Source: an uncultured Actinomycetes bacterium (lineage in GTDB: Bacteria > Actinomycetota > Thermoleophilia > Miltoncostaeales > Miltoncostaeaceae). From it: 54,745 bases of DNA. The translations under genes were made by a program, and so were the position numbers. Shown here one piece after another: positions 9,036 through 19,518 of the stretch. The stretch lies in contig CALMXK010000149.1 in assembly GCA_937871165.1 (NCBI GenBank), forward strand, positions 1 through 54,745, read 5' to 3'. Each line of letters begins with the position of its first letter. Positions within the stretch are counted from its first letter, which is position 1. Under the pieces are notes generated by a model that was not told the DNA's origin, did no database searches, and saw only the letters and a program-made list of their open reading frames with translations.

Positions 9036-10618
9036 TGGCCCGCCTCCTGCGCCTGCGGCAGATGCTCAACATCCAACGTGCCGTCGAAGATCCACTTGTC
9101 GAGTACGGTCTGATGCACCTGGTCGCCGTGCAGGATCGTGTGCAGTCCGATCCACCGGTTGGTGAGGAACAGCCGCAGACGGTCGTTCGCGCGTGCGGCG
9201 TCCAGCGCGCCGATCTCGTGGCCGATGCCCGTGGCACGCATGGAGCAGAAACCTCCCTGGCATGGGCCCATGCCCAGACGCATCTGGCGACGGATGTCGT
9301 CGAAGCTCGCCGTCGGGGTTTCGGTCAGGTGCTCTTCGATCATCGATCTGGTGACCAGCTCGCACTCGCAGATGAGCGGGTCGTCGAGTCGATCGCCTTC
9401 ACGGTCGGCCAGGCGGTGTCCGACGGTGTAGTTGCGTCCTTCGCGCGCGGTGGGCATGACCTCGTCGCCGGTGCGGCACGGGCGGGTGTCTCCGCGCTGT
9501 TCGCACATCTGGTCCACCACGACCTGCGCCATCAGCCGGAACGTGGTGGCCTTGCCGCCGGAGATCGTGAGAAAGCCGCGGACCCCGTCGCGCTCCAGGT
9601 GGTCGAACGCGGCCATTCCGCGACTCATGTGGCGCGTGTCGTCCGCCGCCACGCGCGTGTCCTTGACCAGCGGGCGGGCGCCCGCCCAGGCATGAAGCGC
9701 GCGTGACTGCCGGAACCCGGGCACCAGCACCTCACCGGCGTCGAGCATCTGCTGAACCTCGTCGCGCGGGATCGGCAGGTCGTCCGGGCTGTCCACCTTG
9801 GTGTCGGTGGTGCCGATCACGCAGACGGTGTGGATCGGGACGATGATGTCGCCGTCGCCCGGAGGGTCGCACCGGTTGACGACGGTGTTGACGAGCCGGT
9901 GGTTCATCGCGATCATGACGCCCCGTCCGGGCACCACCTGCACGTCGGGGCATCCGGCCATGTCGGCGATCTGCCCCGCCCACACTCCGCCGGCGTTGAT
10001 CACGAAGTCGGCGTCGATGCGCACCTCGCCACCGTGCACGTCGTCGCGGCACACGACACCGCACACGCGGTCGCCGTCGCGAAGCACCTGGGTGACCCAG
10101 TGGTATGTCAGCACCTGCGCGCCGTATTCCATCGCCGAGTGCACGTTGCCCCAGATCAGCTTCCAGGCGTCCACCGAGCCGTCGTTGACGGCGAAGGCGC
10201 GGCTGATCTTGGGGTTGAGGCGCGGCTCGCGCCGCAGGGCTTCGGCGACCGCGATCTCCTGAACGGGGACGTCGGTCGCCAGACACGCGGCGGCGAATTT
10301 GTCGGCGTACTCGGGGTCGTCGGCGGGGGTTGTGACGAACAGGCCGCCGGTCTGCTCCACCGCGTCGGCGGCGATCTTGCTGAGGATTGCGGTCTCCTGG
10401 GCGCACTCGGTCGCCGAGCGCGGATCGGTGACGACGTACCGTCCGCCGGAGTGGAGAAGACCGTGGAATCTGCCGGTTGTTCCCTGGCCAAGGTCGACCC
10501 GCTCGACAAGGATCGCGCGGTAACCGCGCATGGCCGCGTCGCGGAGTACACCCGATCCGGTGGCTCCGCCACCGATCACAATGACGTCGGTCTCGAGGGA
10601 TTTCACGGGGGTGTCCAA
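9032..10618 (-). CDS. glpA: anaerobic glycerol-3-phosphate dehydrogenase subunit A
   Basis: DVIVIGGGATGSGVLRDAAMRGY FAD motif, DAO-family body and a C-terminal BFD-like 2Fe-2S cysteine region (CECE ... GPCQGGFC). Confidence 0.9.
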   Translation of the reverse strand: MDTPVKSLETDVIVIGGGATGSGVLRDAAMRGYRAILVERVDLGQGTTGRFHGLLHSGGRYVVTDPRSATECAQETAILSKIAADAVEQTGGLFVTTPADDPEYADKFAAACLATDVPVQEIAVAEALRREPRLNPKISRAFAVNDGSVDAWKLIWGNVHSAMEYGAQVLTYHWVTQVLRDGDRVCGVVCRDDVHGGEVRIDADFVINAGGVWAGQIADMAGCPDVQVVPGRGVMIAMNHRLVNTVVNRCDPPGDGDIIVPIHTVCVIGTTDTKVDSPDDLPIPRDEVQQMLDAGEVLVPGFRQSRALHAWAGARPLVKDTRVAADDTRHMSRGMAAFDHLERDGVRGFLTISGGKATTFRLMAQVVVDQMCEQRGDTRPCRTGDEVMPTAREGRNYTVGHRLADREGDRLDDPLICECELVTRSMIEEHLTETPTASFDDIRRQMRLGMGPCQGGFCSMRATGIGHEIGALDAARANDRLRLFLTNRWIGLHTILHGDQVHQTVLDKWIFDGTLDVEHLPQAQEAGQ

Positions 10619-10696
10619 TCTCGAAATGCTGTTGTGAGCATAACCATCGCAGCGTCCCCTTGTGCAAATGAACCTGAGGAGTAGGCTCGATTTAGC

Positions 10697-10713
10697 TTCG
10701 AGGAAACCTCGAA
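10697..10713. promoter_or_regulatory. candidate operator palindrome TTCGAGG-aaa-CCTCGAA in the glpA/glpF divergent control region
   Basis: Perfect 7-bp inverted repeat seen directly. Further TCGAAA/TTTCGA-like half sites lie at about 10620, 10686 and 10727. No regulator gene is present in the window. Confidence 0.25.
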
Positions 10714-10796
10714 AGCGTATGCCGGTTTCGACCGGTTAACGCGCCTCTTCCCGAGGGGGGCGGGGGGCGCACATCACACACGACCAAGGAGTGTTG

Positions 10797-11552
10797 ATGG
10801 ACAACATCTTCCTCGCTGAGCTCGTCGGGACGGCCATCCTGATCTTGTTGGGTGATGGCGTCGTCGCTGGTGTTCTGCTCGCGAAATCAAAGGCCGAGAA
10901 TTCCGGCTGGATCGTGATCACCACGGGATGGGCCTTCGCGGTCGCCGTCGCGGTGTACGCGGTCGGGCAGTTCCCGGCTGGTGCACATTTGAATCCCGCG
11001 GTGACGCTCGGCGTGCTTGCCTCCGGCGCTGAAATCTCAGCGAACCACGTCTTCCAATACATCGCCGGGCAGATGGTCGGCGCAATGATTGGCGCGACCC
11101 TCGTTTACATCCATTACCTTCCTCATTGGAAGGAAACCGCCGACCCCGGCCTGAAACTCGCGGTGTTCAGCACCGGTCCGGCGATCCGAAACAACGTGAC
11201 GAACGTGATCTCGGAAATCATCGGCACCTTCATGCTGATCTTCGGCATTCTTGCCATCGGCCATCACTTCGGCGACGGATCGAAGGCGAATGTCGACCTG
11301 CAGACCGCCTTCAACAATGGCATTACGCCGCTGATCGTCGGCATCTTGGTGTGGGGCATCGGCCTCTCGCTCGGTGGACCGACGGGCTACGCAATCAACC
11401 CTGCTCGTGACTTGGGCCCGCGCATCATGCACGCGCTCCTGCCCATCCCCGGCAAGGGCAGCTCCGATTGGAGCTACGCCTGGATCCCGGTGATCGGCCC
11501 GATCATCGGCGGCGTTGTCGGTGGCCTGGTCTACAAGGGCCTCTTCACCTAG
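10797..11552 (+). CDS. glpF: glycerol uptake facilitator (MIP/aquaglyceroporin)
   Basis: Two NPA boxes (HLNPAVT and INPARD) and six hydrophobic helices. The ATG at 10797 lies 5 nt after an AAGGAG Shine-Dalgarno. Confidence 0.9.
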   Translation: MDNIFLAELVGTAILILLGDGVVAGVLLAKSKAENSGWIVITTGWAFAVAVAVYAVGQFPAGAHLNPAVTLGVLASGAEISANHVFQYIAGQMVGAMIGATLVYIHYLPHWKETADPGLKLAVFSTGPAIRNNVTNVISEIIGTFMLIFGILAIGHHFGDGSKANVDLQTAFNNGITPLIVGILVWGIGLSLGGPTGYAINPARDLGPRIMHALLPIPGKGSSDWSYAWIPVIGPIIGGVVGGLVYKGLFT

Positions 11553-11560
11553 GTCAGTCC

Positions 11561-11620
11561 TGAAGAAGCTCAATCAATCATGAAGAAGCTAGGTCAATCA
11601 TGAAGAAGCTAATCAATGCG
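11561..11620 (+). repeat. 3 x 20 bp tandem repeat (TGAAGAAGCT + 10 nt) spanning the dhaK start codon
   Basis: TGAAGAAGCT occurs at 11561, 11581 and 11601 with an exact 20-nt period. The third unit supplies the dhaK ATG (11600). The second forms a 7-codon mini-ORF (11580-11603, MKKLGQS*). Confidence 0.9.
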
Positions 11621-12601
11621 ACTGAGAATGTGGTCGTCGACGCGCTGGCTGGTATGGCCGCCGCTCACAGCGACCTGATCTCGGTCCACATCGCCCCCCA
11701 CTACATCACCCGCGCCGACGCCCCCGTCAAGGGCAAAGTGGGGTTGGTGTCCGGCGGAGGCTCGGGACACGAGCCGATGCACGGAGGATTCGTCGGGATG
11801 GGCATGCTCGACGCGGCATGCCCTGGTGAGGTGTTCACCTCGCCGACACCGGACCAGATGCTCGAGGCCACGAAGGCCGTCGACGGTGGCGCCGGGGTCC
11901 TGCACATCGTCAAGAACTACACCGGCGACGTGATGAACTTCGAGATGGCGGCCGAAATGGCCAAAGCCGAAGGCAGCAACGTCGAGGCCGTCGTCATCGA
12001 TGACGACGTGGCAGTCAAGGACAGCCTGTACACCGCGGGGCGCCGCGGCGTGGGGGCGACAGTGTTGGCCGAGAAGATCTGCGGCGCGGCCGCCGAGGCG
12101 GGCAAGTCGCTCGCCGAAGTGGCGGACCTGTGTCGCAAGGTCAACGGTCAGGCGCGCAGCATGGGAATGGCGCTCACGTCATGCACCGTGCCGGCCGCCG
12201 GCAAGCCCACGTTCGAGTTGGGCGAGGGCGAGATGGAGATCGGCATCGGGATCCACGGTGAGCCGGGTCGTGAGCGCAGAGCGCTCGGATCGGCCGCCGA
12301 GATCACCAAGCAGCTCACCGATCCGATCCTGGAGGACCTGCCGTTTGCCAAGGGCGACCGTGTGCTCGCCTTCGTCAACGGAATGGGTGGCACCCCTCTC
12401 ATCGAGCTGTACATCGTCTACAACGAGCTTGTGAAGTTGCTCGGGCAGCACGGCATCACGATCGAACGGCACCTCATCGGTCCGTACATCACATCGCTCG
12501 AGATGGCCGGATGTTCCATCACGCTGCTGAAGCTCGACGATGAACTCGTTCAACTGTGGGATGCGCCGGTCCACACTCCGGCGCTTCGCTGGGGCGTCTA
12601 A
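11600..12601 (+). CDS. dhaK: dihydroxyacetone kinase subunit DhaK (PTS-dependent type)
   Basis: Dak1 domain with [35 protein letters not shown]. Confidence 0.9.
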   Translation: MKKLINATENVVVDALAGMAAAHSDLISVHIAPHYITRADAPVKGKVGLVSGGGSGHEPMHGGFVGMGMLDAACPGEVFTSPTPDQMLEATKAVDGGAGVLHIVKNYTGDVMNFEMAAEMAKAEGSNVEAVVIDDDVAVKDSLYTAGRRGVGATVLAEKICGAAAEAGKSLAEVADLCRKVNGQARSMGMALTSCTVPAAGKPTFELGEGEMEIGIGIHGEPGRERRALGSAAEITKQLTDPILEDLPFAKGDRVLAFVNGMGGTPLIELYIVYNELVKLLGQHGITIERHLIGPYITSLEMAGCSITLLKLDDELVQLWDAPVHTPALRWGV

Positions 12602-12623
12602 ACGATGAAATGCGGAGGAGAAG

Positions 12624-13253
12624 ATGAGCGTTGACGTCGGTGCGGTGATCGCGTGGATGCGGCGGTACGCTGCCGTCATCGCCGATCAGAAGGGTGCGTT
12701 GACCGAGCTTGACTCGGCGATCGGCGACGCGGACCACGGAACGAACATGGACCGTGGCATGCAGGCCGTCGTCGCCAAGCTGGACGGCGCCCCACCGCCC
12801 GACGTCGGTGCGGCACTGAAGACCGTGGGGATGACGTTGATCTCGACGGTCGGTGGTTCAGGCGGGCCGCTGTACGGGTCGTTCTTCATGCAGGCGGGCA
12901 ACGCGCTCGCAGGCGAGACGGAACTGACCCCGCAGGAGTTGGTCCGCGCGCTTGAAGCCGGTGTGGCCGGCGTGATGAAGATCGGTAAATCCACGACGGG
13001 GGAGAAGACGATGCTTGACACGCTCGTCCCCGCCGTCGAGGCGTTGCATGCTGCAGTTGACGGTGGTGCGTCCCTTGGTGACGCCCTGACCGCGGCATGT
13101 GAAGCCGGTCAACACGGCATGGAAGCCACCATCCCGATGCTTGCCACGAAGGGGCGTGCCAGCTACCTCGGCGAGCGCAGCATTGGCCACCAGGATCCAG
13201 GTGCCACATCGAGCAACCTTCTCCTCCGCACCCTGGCGGAAAGTCTGGAATAA
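12624..13253 (+). CDS. dhaL: dihydroxyacetone kinase subunit DhaL (ADP-binding)
   Basis: Dak2 domain with [20 protein letters not shown] and [13 protein letters not shown]. Confidence 0.9.
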   Translation: MSVDVGAVIAWMRRYAAVIADQKGALTELDSAIGDADHGTNMDRGMQAVVAKLDGAPPPDVGAALKTVGMTLISTVGGSGGPLYGSFFMQAGNALAGETELTPQELVRALEAGVAGVMKIGKSTTGEKTMLDTLVPAVEALHAAVDGGASLGDALTAACEAGQHGMEATIPMLATKGRASYLGERSIGHQDPGATSSNLLLRTLAESLE

Positions 13254-13267
13254 CTAAGGAGGCCGAC

Positions 13268-14764
<1,497 letters not shown>

Positions 14765-14831
14765 AGCCTGCGGCGATGGGGGTGGGCACCGCCCACCCCC
14801 GTGCTCGTAGGGCTGTGGCGACGGGTTAATG

Positions 14832-14860
14832 CCATTTGGCACTCGGTGAGTGCCAAATGG
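14832..14860. repeat. intergenic palindrome, family A (CCATTTGGCACTC-ggt-GAGTGCCAAATGG)
   Basis: Perfect 13-bp arms and a 3-nt loop, 68 nt after the glpK stop. Confidence 0.85.
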
Positions 14861-14995
14861 GTTTTCCGTCGAATCGGGTGGCATTGCAGGACGTGATCCG
14901 CTCGGAGAGGGTCGAATTGCGCCTGCGTATGCCTCGCGCGATGAATCTTGAGGAAGTCCTCACAAAGCCTCGACCTTCGTTCAGTTGTGCGCGGG

Positions 14996-17266
14996 ATGCC
15001 AGTTTGGCTCACTGTTTGGGTGCAACAACGACTCCCAACTTCGGCGCTCGCAACCCGGTCCGGACCGCGTGGTCCCAGGGTTGCCCGATTTGTCACATGC
15101 CTTGCGGTTGTCGCGTCTGTGTTCCTTGGGGCTCACCTGTCGGTGGCTGCGGGTGCAGACGTCGTGGTTGCCGCAGTTGGCGATACGGCGTGCGACCCCA
15201 ACAGTTTGTTCTTCAACAACAGCTTCGGGCTGACCGCCAACTGCCGGGCGCGCTCGGTGGGGGACGCGATCTCTGCCGACGCGGATGTCGATGCCTTCCT
15301 GCCGCTTGGCGATTTGCAGGAGGACTGCGGCGGGTACAACGCGTTTGTTGCTGCGTACGACGTGGCGTTCGGGAACCTCCTGGGGAAGACGTACCCCGTT
15401 CCGGGCAACCATGAGTACAAGGATGAAATCTCCGAACCGAACGGCACCGATTGCCCCGCACAGCTTCCTTCGGGGCAGCCGCCGACCGCAGAGGGCTATT
15501 TCCGCTACCTCCAGGAAGCACGGACTGCCGGCTCACTGCCGCTCGACCTGCCGGCCGACGCGACGAACCCGGTGAAGGGGTTCTACACATACAACCTGGG
15601 TTCGTGGAACATCATTGCGATCAACACGAACGACATGTGTGTGTCGGTGAAGTGCCGAGGTCCAAATGCGAGCGCAATCCCTGCCTACAAGGGGTCGGCG
15701 CAGGAGCAATGGCTTCGCAGCCACCTGGCCGCCAACGCCAACCGATGCGTCATGGCCTATATGCACTACCCACGCTGGTCGTCCAACCTGGCCGCGGCGA
15801 ACACCGCCACCGTGGACCCGACGGACTCGGATGTGTCGCCGCTTGTCGAGGGAATCTGGACCGACCTGTACCAAGGCGGAGCAGAACTGCTGTTGTCGGG
15901 GCACGCGCACAACTACGAGCGCTTCCATCCGCAGAACGTGACGGGGAGTCGCGACGACACATTCGGTGTGCGTCAGTTCGTCGTTGGCACGGGTGGCGTC
16001 AATCTGGAACAGAACCAGCCGTCGATCAGAAACAGCGCGGCCAGGATGGAGCCTCGTCGCTTCGGGTTTCTGCGCTTGGTGCTTCGCGACGGCAACTTCA
16101 GCTGGGCGTTCAAGGGTATTGACGGCTCGACAGCTGACACAGGGAACGCCAACTGCCACGGTGCACCGCCGGCCGTGACGGCCCCGGCTCGTGGCGCGAC
16201 GATCGACACGAACACGACATTTACTGTGACCGCGCGCGTCACTGCTCCCGCAGCAAGCGACCGTGTCGACTTCTACGTGGGATCCAACAAGGTCGCCTCG
16301 GCGGTGAAGGCCGCCGCCGAGTGCCACACCAACATCTTGACCGACTCGCTGGTCTTCTACACAAGTCCGTTCTGCGTCTATTCGGCAAGCGCAATCGTTC
16401 GTGGTCAGGCGGGTGGTCCGACGACGATCCGTGCCGTTGCCAATTCGACGGATCCCGCGACGCCGACTGCGACGACGCAGACGGTGATCCCCGTGACCTT
16501 GCGAAATCGCTTTACGGGAATCGCGTCGATCAATGTCGATACGCGCGCTGCCCGCCAGATCGCATGGTCGACGGTGGGTTCGCTACGCGAGGCGTCCTAT
16601 TCGCAAAGCCGCACACGGATTGCATATGCCGGTCCTTCGGGCATTGTCGTTGCCGATGCCAGCGGCGTCAATCCTCGGGTTCTTCCTGGGACGGCGGGTG
16701 CGCGACAGCCGGAGTGGGCGTCGGCCGACACGCGGATTGTGTATCTCACGACCGCAGGTATCTTCTCCGTTCCTGTGGGCGGCGGGACGGCGAAACGGTT
16801 GGCGGCCGGGCAGATTGCCAACATCGACGTGTCGCCAAGTGGCGGGCGCGTGTTGTATCAGTTGCGTGCCTCCTCTGGGCGATCAGACATCCTAGTGGTC
16901 GGAGTAAGTGGTGCCGGTCGTCGCCGGGTGACGCGGACGCCGCTGGTGGATGAGATCCAACCAACGTGGCGGACAGCGACGCAGATTGCGTTTGTCAAAC
17001 GTGCTCCAAAGTTTGTGATCTACACGATGGCGCTTCGCGGTGGCGTCCAGAGCCGGATCACGAGTTCGACGCTGAACTGCCAACAGCCGGCGTTCTCACC
17101 AAGTGGAGGTCGGCTGGCATGTGTTACGCGCGTGACAGCGACCCGGTCGGTGGTTCGAGTGATGACCGCCCGCGGTACAAGCGCGCGGGTGCTGGCGATC
17201 GGATCTCCGTTGCCGCTCGAGCCCACCTGGGCAAGCGAGACGACGGTCGCCTACACGACCAACTAA
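14996..17266 (+). CDS. secreted metallophosphoesterase fused to an Ig-like domain and a TolB-like (PD40) beta-propeller
   Basis: Calcineurin-like motifs VGDTACD, LPLGDLQ, PGNHEY and GHAHNYERF. Signal-like VTCLAVVASVFLGAHLSVAAGA. The C-terminal third has repeated PD40-like segments (PEWASADTRIVY, DVSPSGGRVLYQ, PAFSPSGGRLACV). Start is uncertain (maximal ORF from the TTG at 14948). Confidence 0.7.
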   Translation: MPVWLTVWVQQRLPTSALATRSGPRGPRVARFVTCLAVVASVFLGAHLSVAAGADVVVAAVGDTACDPNSLFFNNSFGLTANCRARSVGDAISADADVDAFLPLGDLQEDCGGYNAFVAAYDVAFGNLLGKTYPVPGNHEYKDEISEPNGTDCPAQLPSGQPPTAEGYFRYLQEARTAGSLPLDLPADATNPVKGFYTYNLGSWNIIAINTNDMCVSVKCRGPNASAIPAYKGSAQEQWLRSHLAANANRCVMAYMHYPRWSSNLAAANTATVDPTDSDVSPLVEGIWTDLYQGGAELLLSGHAHNYERFHPQNVTGSRDDTFGVRQFVVGTGGVNLEQNQPSIRNSAARMEPRRFGFLRLVLRDGNFSWAFKGIDGSTADTGNANCHGAPPAVTAPARGATIDTNTTFTVTARVTAPAASDRVDFYVGSNKVASAVKAAAECHTNILTDSLVFYTSPFCVYSASAIVRGQAGGPTTIRAVANSTDPATPTATTQTVIPVTLRNRFTGIASINVDTRAARQIAWSTVGSLREASYSQSRTRIAYAGPSGIVVADASGVNPRVLPGTAGARQPEWASADTRIVYLTTAGIFSVPVGGGTAKRLAAGQIANIDVSPSGGRVLYQLRASSGRSDILVVGVSGAGRRRVTRTPLVDEIQPTWRTATQIAFVKRAPKFVIYTMALRGGVQSRITSSTLNCQQPAFSPSGGRLACVTRVTATRSVVRVMTARGTSARVLAIGSPLPLEPTWASETTVAYTTN

Positions 17267-17326
17267 CTCGGCTGTGGTCGACTGAGTGCCCTGACTCGGT
17301 CGATCCTGTGCGCACGTTCCTCAAGA

Positions 17327-17357
17327 CCCATTTGGCATCCCTCGAGTGCCAAATGGG
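17327..17357. repeat. intergenic palindrome, family A, imperfect copy
   Basis: CCCATTTGGCAtCCctcGAGTGCCAAATGGG lies between the convergent metallophosphoesterase and hypothetical genes. Confidence 0.7.
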
Positions 17358-17561
17358 TTCTTGTGCGCTTGCACCCGACGTGCGGCTCGCCGCGCCGGGT
17401 GCTCTCATACTGGCTCGTCACTACGAGCGCGGCAGATTCAGGACGTCGGGGAACTGACGGAGTTGCGACCGGCGGAGTACGAGCGCTGATCAGGCATGCC
17501 GACGACCGTCGTCACGGGGACAAAAGCTCATCGCTGAGTGTCCATCAACGCCGCGGTCGGC

Positions 17562-18191
17562 TCAGCGCTCTATTCGATCCAGGAAGCGCTGCTTGCCAGG
17601 TGACGGGCCGCCGTAGAGGCTGATCCAGTCATACCAGGCGTGAATCGAGCCAACCTCCATGGCGATTCGCAGCGCCTGCAGCGCCATTGCCCCGACAACC
17701 GCGAACTTCGGATGTGCCGGCTTGGCCGGTGCGAGCCACCGTCCATCCGCGTACCACCGACGAATGGTGCGAATGCTCGGCGGCTGGCGACCTCCCCAGG
17801 CAGCGGGGTCGCGAATCGTTCTGATGACGTGGTCGATGGACTCGCCCGCGGCAAAGCGCCGTTCGGCGTCGTTGCGCTCGCGCTTCCATGCGTGGCTTCC
17901 CGGTAACTCGGTCGCCATCATCGTCTCGCGGACACGGCGGATATGCGCGCCGAGTGCCTTGACCCGCGATTTGTTCAGTACGCCGCTTGCGAGCCAGATG
18001 GTGCTGAGCCGCCGCACAAGCTCACGGCCACCATCCTTGCGCATGAACCGCTTGTCCCCATGGCGGGCGCACAGGTAGACCCGAACGCCATACGAGAGGT
18101 GTACGGCGAGGACTTGATCGCCACCCAGACACAGTGCACAGACGGCCTGCGCCGGCTGCTCATTCGTGATGCCGATGGATTCGTCGCTCAT
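17562..18191 (-). CDS. hypothetical protein with CxxC...CxxH knuckle and an HTH-like segment
   Basis: ORF with coding-like G/C third positions. Motifs CALCLGG...LCARHGD and SIRTIRRWYADGRW. No family recognised. I chose the ATG at 18191; the maximal ORF runs to 18272. Confidence 0.45.
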   Translation of the reverse strand: MSDESIGITNEQPAQAVCALCLGGDQVLAVHLSYGVRVYLCARHGDKRFMRKDGGRELVRRLSTIWLASGVLNKSRVKALGAHIRRVRETMMATELPGSHAWKRERNDAERRFAAGESIDHVIRTIRDPAAWGGRQPPSIRTIRRWYADGRWLAPAKPAHPKFAVVGAMALQALRIAMEVGSIHAWYDWISLYGGPSPGKQRFLDRIER

Positions 18192-18335
18192 GACGTCAGC
18201 ATGCCGACCAGAAATCCCACACATTCGTGTCAGATGCAAAATGTTTGTGTCGCAACCGTGCCAATCTGTCACACGTCGTGGCGGGTCATCTCACCGGGGC
18301 GGACGCTCATGGGCAAGACGCAGATGGCGTGCGTC

Positions 18336-18347
18336 GAGTGCCAAATG
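18336..18347. repeat. family A palindrome half-site (GAGTGCCAAATG), degenerate copy
   Basis: The right arm is conserved and the left arm is only weakly recognisable (cagatggcgtgcgtc). It lies in the ltaE/hypothetical intergenic region. Confidence 0.3.
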
Positions 18348-18386
18348 CATCTCGTTTGCTCGCGCGCCGTCTGTCGACCAGGTGCG

Positions 18387-19409
18387 CTAGTGGCGCGTCA
18401 AGATCTGCACGAGCGTCTCGACCTCGTCGGGATCGGTTTGCCAACTCGTGACGAAGCGGGCGATACCAGGCTGCAATTCGAAGTATTCAACGCCGGCGAG
18501 CTCAAGCGTGGCCCGCAGTTGATCCGTCAGTGAAACGAGTATGAGATTCGCCTGGACCGGGTACAACGGTGGGTGGTCAACTCGGGCCAATGCGGAGGCG
18601 ATGAGGGTCGCCATCTCATTCGCGTGGGCCGCATTATGCAGCCAAAGCTCGCTGTCGATGAGCGCCAGAATCTGGGCGGACAAGTAACACATCTTGCTCG
18701 GAACGTGGCCCGCACGCTTGGTTCGGTAGCGAAGCTCGGCGCTCACCTCGGGATCAAAGCTCACGATCATGTCGGCATTCATGCCACCATTCTTGGTCGC
18801 ACCGAATGAGACCACGTCGATCCCGGCCCGCCAGGTGAGATCCGCGGGTGAGCATCCCGCGCTGATCAGCCCGTTGGCAATCCGTGCGCCATCCAGGTGG
18901 CAACGCATGCCGCGCCCATGCGCCGCAGCGGTCAGCTCTTTGATCTGCTCGAGCGGCGGAACGGTCCCAAGATCGGTCGGGCAGACGAGGCTGAGCGCCT
19001 GCGGTTGGGAGACATGCGGATCACCCCACCACGTTTGCTCGAACGTCGTGGCGAGTGCCTTCGCATTGATCGTTCCATTGGTTCCGGCCACATGTTGAAG
19101 GACCGCCCCTCCGGACAGATGCGATGTTGCCCCCGCCTCGTGGTTGGCGATGTGTGCCGATTCGTGGCATAACACCGATCCCCACGGCTTGCACATCGCG
19201 GAGAGCGCCAAAGCGTTCGCGGCCGTCCCTGTCACGACCGGAAATATCTGGGCGTCTGCATGCTCGAAGACCTCGCGGGTCCGATTGCGAAGGCGCGCCG
19301 TAACTGCGTCGTCGCCGTAGCTCGTATCTCGCTCCCCGCCACTGCGAGCCAGTGCATCGAGCACCTGCGGGCACGCGGCGGCGGTGTTGTCGCTGCGAAG
19401 ATCGATCAT
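18387..19409 (-). CDS. ltaE: low-specificity L-threonine aldolase (PLP-dependent, beta-eliminating lyase family)
   Basis: MIDLRSDNTAAACPQVLDALA ... YGDD ... GTAANALAL ... FGATKNG (PLP-lysine context). Maximal ORF runs to 19436. Confidence 0.8.
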   Translation of the reverse strand: MIDLRSDNTAAACPQVLDALARSGGERDTSYGDDAVTARLRNRTREVFEHADAQIFPVVTGTAANALALSAMCKPWGSVLCHESAHIANHEAGATSHLSGGAVLQHVAGTNGTINAKALATTFEQTWWGDPHVSQPQALSLVCPTDLGTVPPLEQIKELTAAAHGRGMRCHLDGARIANGLISAGCSPADLTWRAGIDVVSFGATKNGGMNADMIVSFDPEVSAELRYRTKRAGHVPSKMCYLSAQILALIDSELWLHNAAHANEMATLIASALARVDHPPLYPVQANLILVSLTDQLRATLELAGVEYFELQPGIARFVTSWQTDPDEVETLVQILTRH

Positions 19410-19518
19410 GCGCCAACTCTCGCAGATCGGCCTCAAGCGTTTCCGTCAATGCCCGACCTGGCGGCCTCGAACAGTGTGCGAGGCCGCCACGTCGGGGAAG
19501 TGCGGCTGGCGGATCAGG

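Noticed and set aside
10755-10767. The G6-C-G6 tract upstream of glpF as a G-quadruplex.
   Set aside because: Only two G runs are present. A stable intramolecular G4 needs four runs with loops. It is mentioned only as a potentially slippage-prone tract.
11561-11620. The 3 x 20 bp tandem repeat considered as a possible CRISPR or minisatellite.
   Set aside because: The units are contiguous with no unique spacers and there are only three of them. The repeat overlaps a start codon, so it is a local tandem duplication and not a CRISPR array.
14836-14856. The TTGGCAC core of the family A palindromes resembles the -24 element (TGGCAC) of sigma-54 promoters.
   Set aside because: TTGCW does not follow at the required N5 spacing; the sequence is TGGCAC-tcggt-gagtg. 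The motif is simply one arm of a palindrome, and sigma-54 is generally absent from Actinomycetota.
15307-15324. 18-nt exact identity (TGGCGATTTGCAGGAGGA) between the metallophosphoesterase CDS and the sequence just upstream of the second family B palindrome (32365-32382).
   Set aside because: In the CDS it encodes the conserved metal-ligand motif LGDLQED, so selection on the protein explains its presence. An 18-mer coincidence in 55 kb is unlikely but not negligible. I kept it only as part of the GATTTGCAGG word-count observation.
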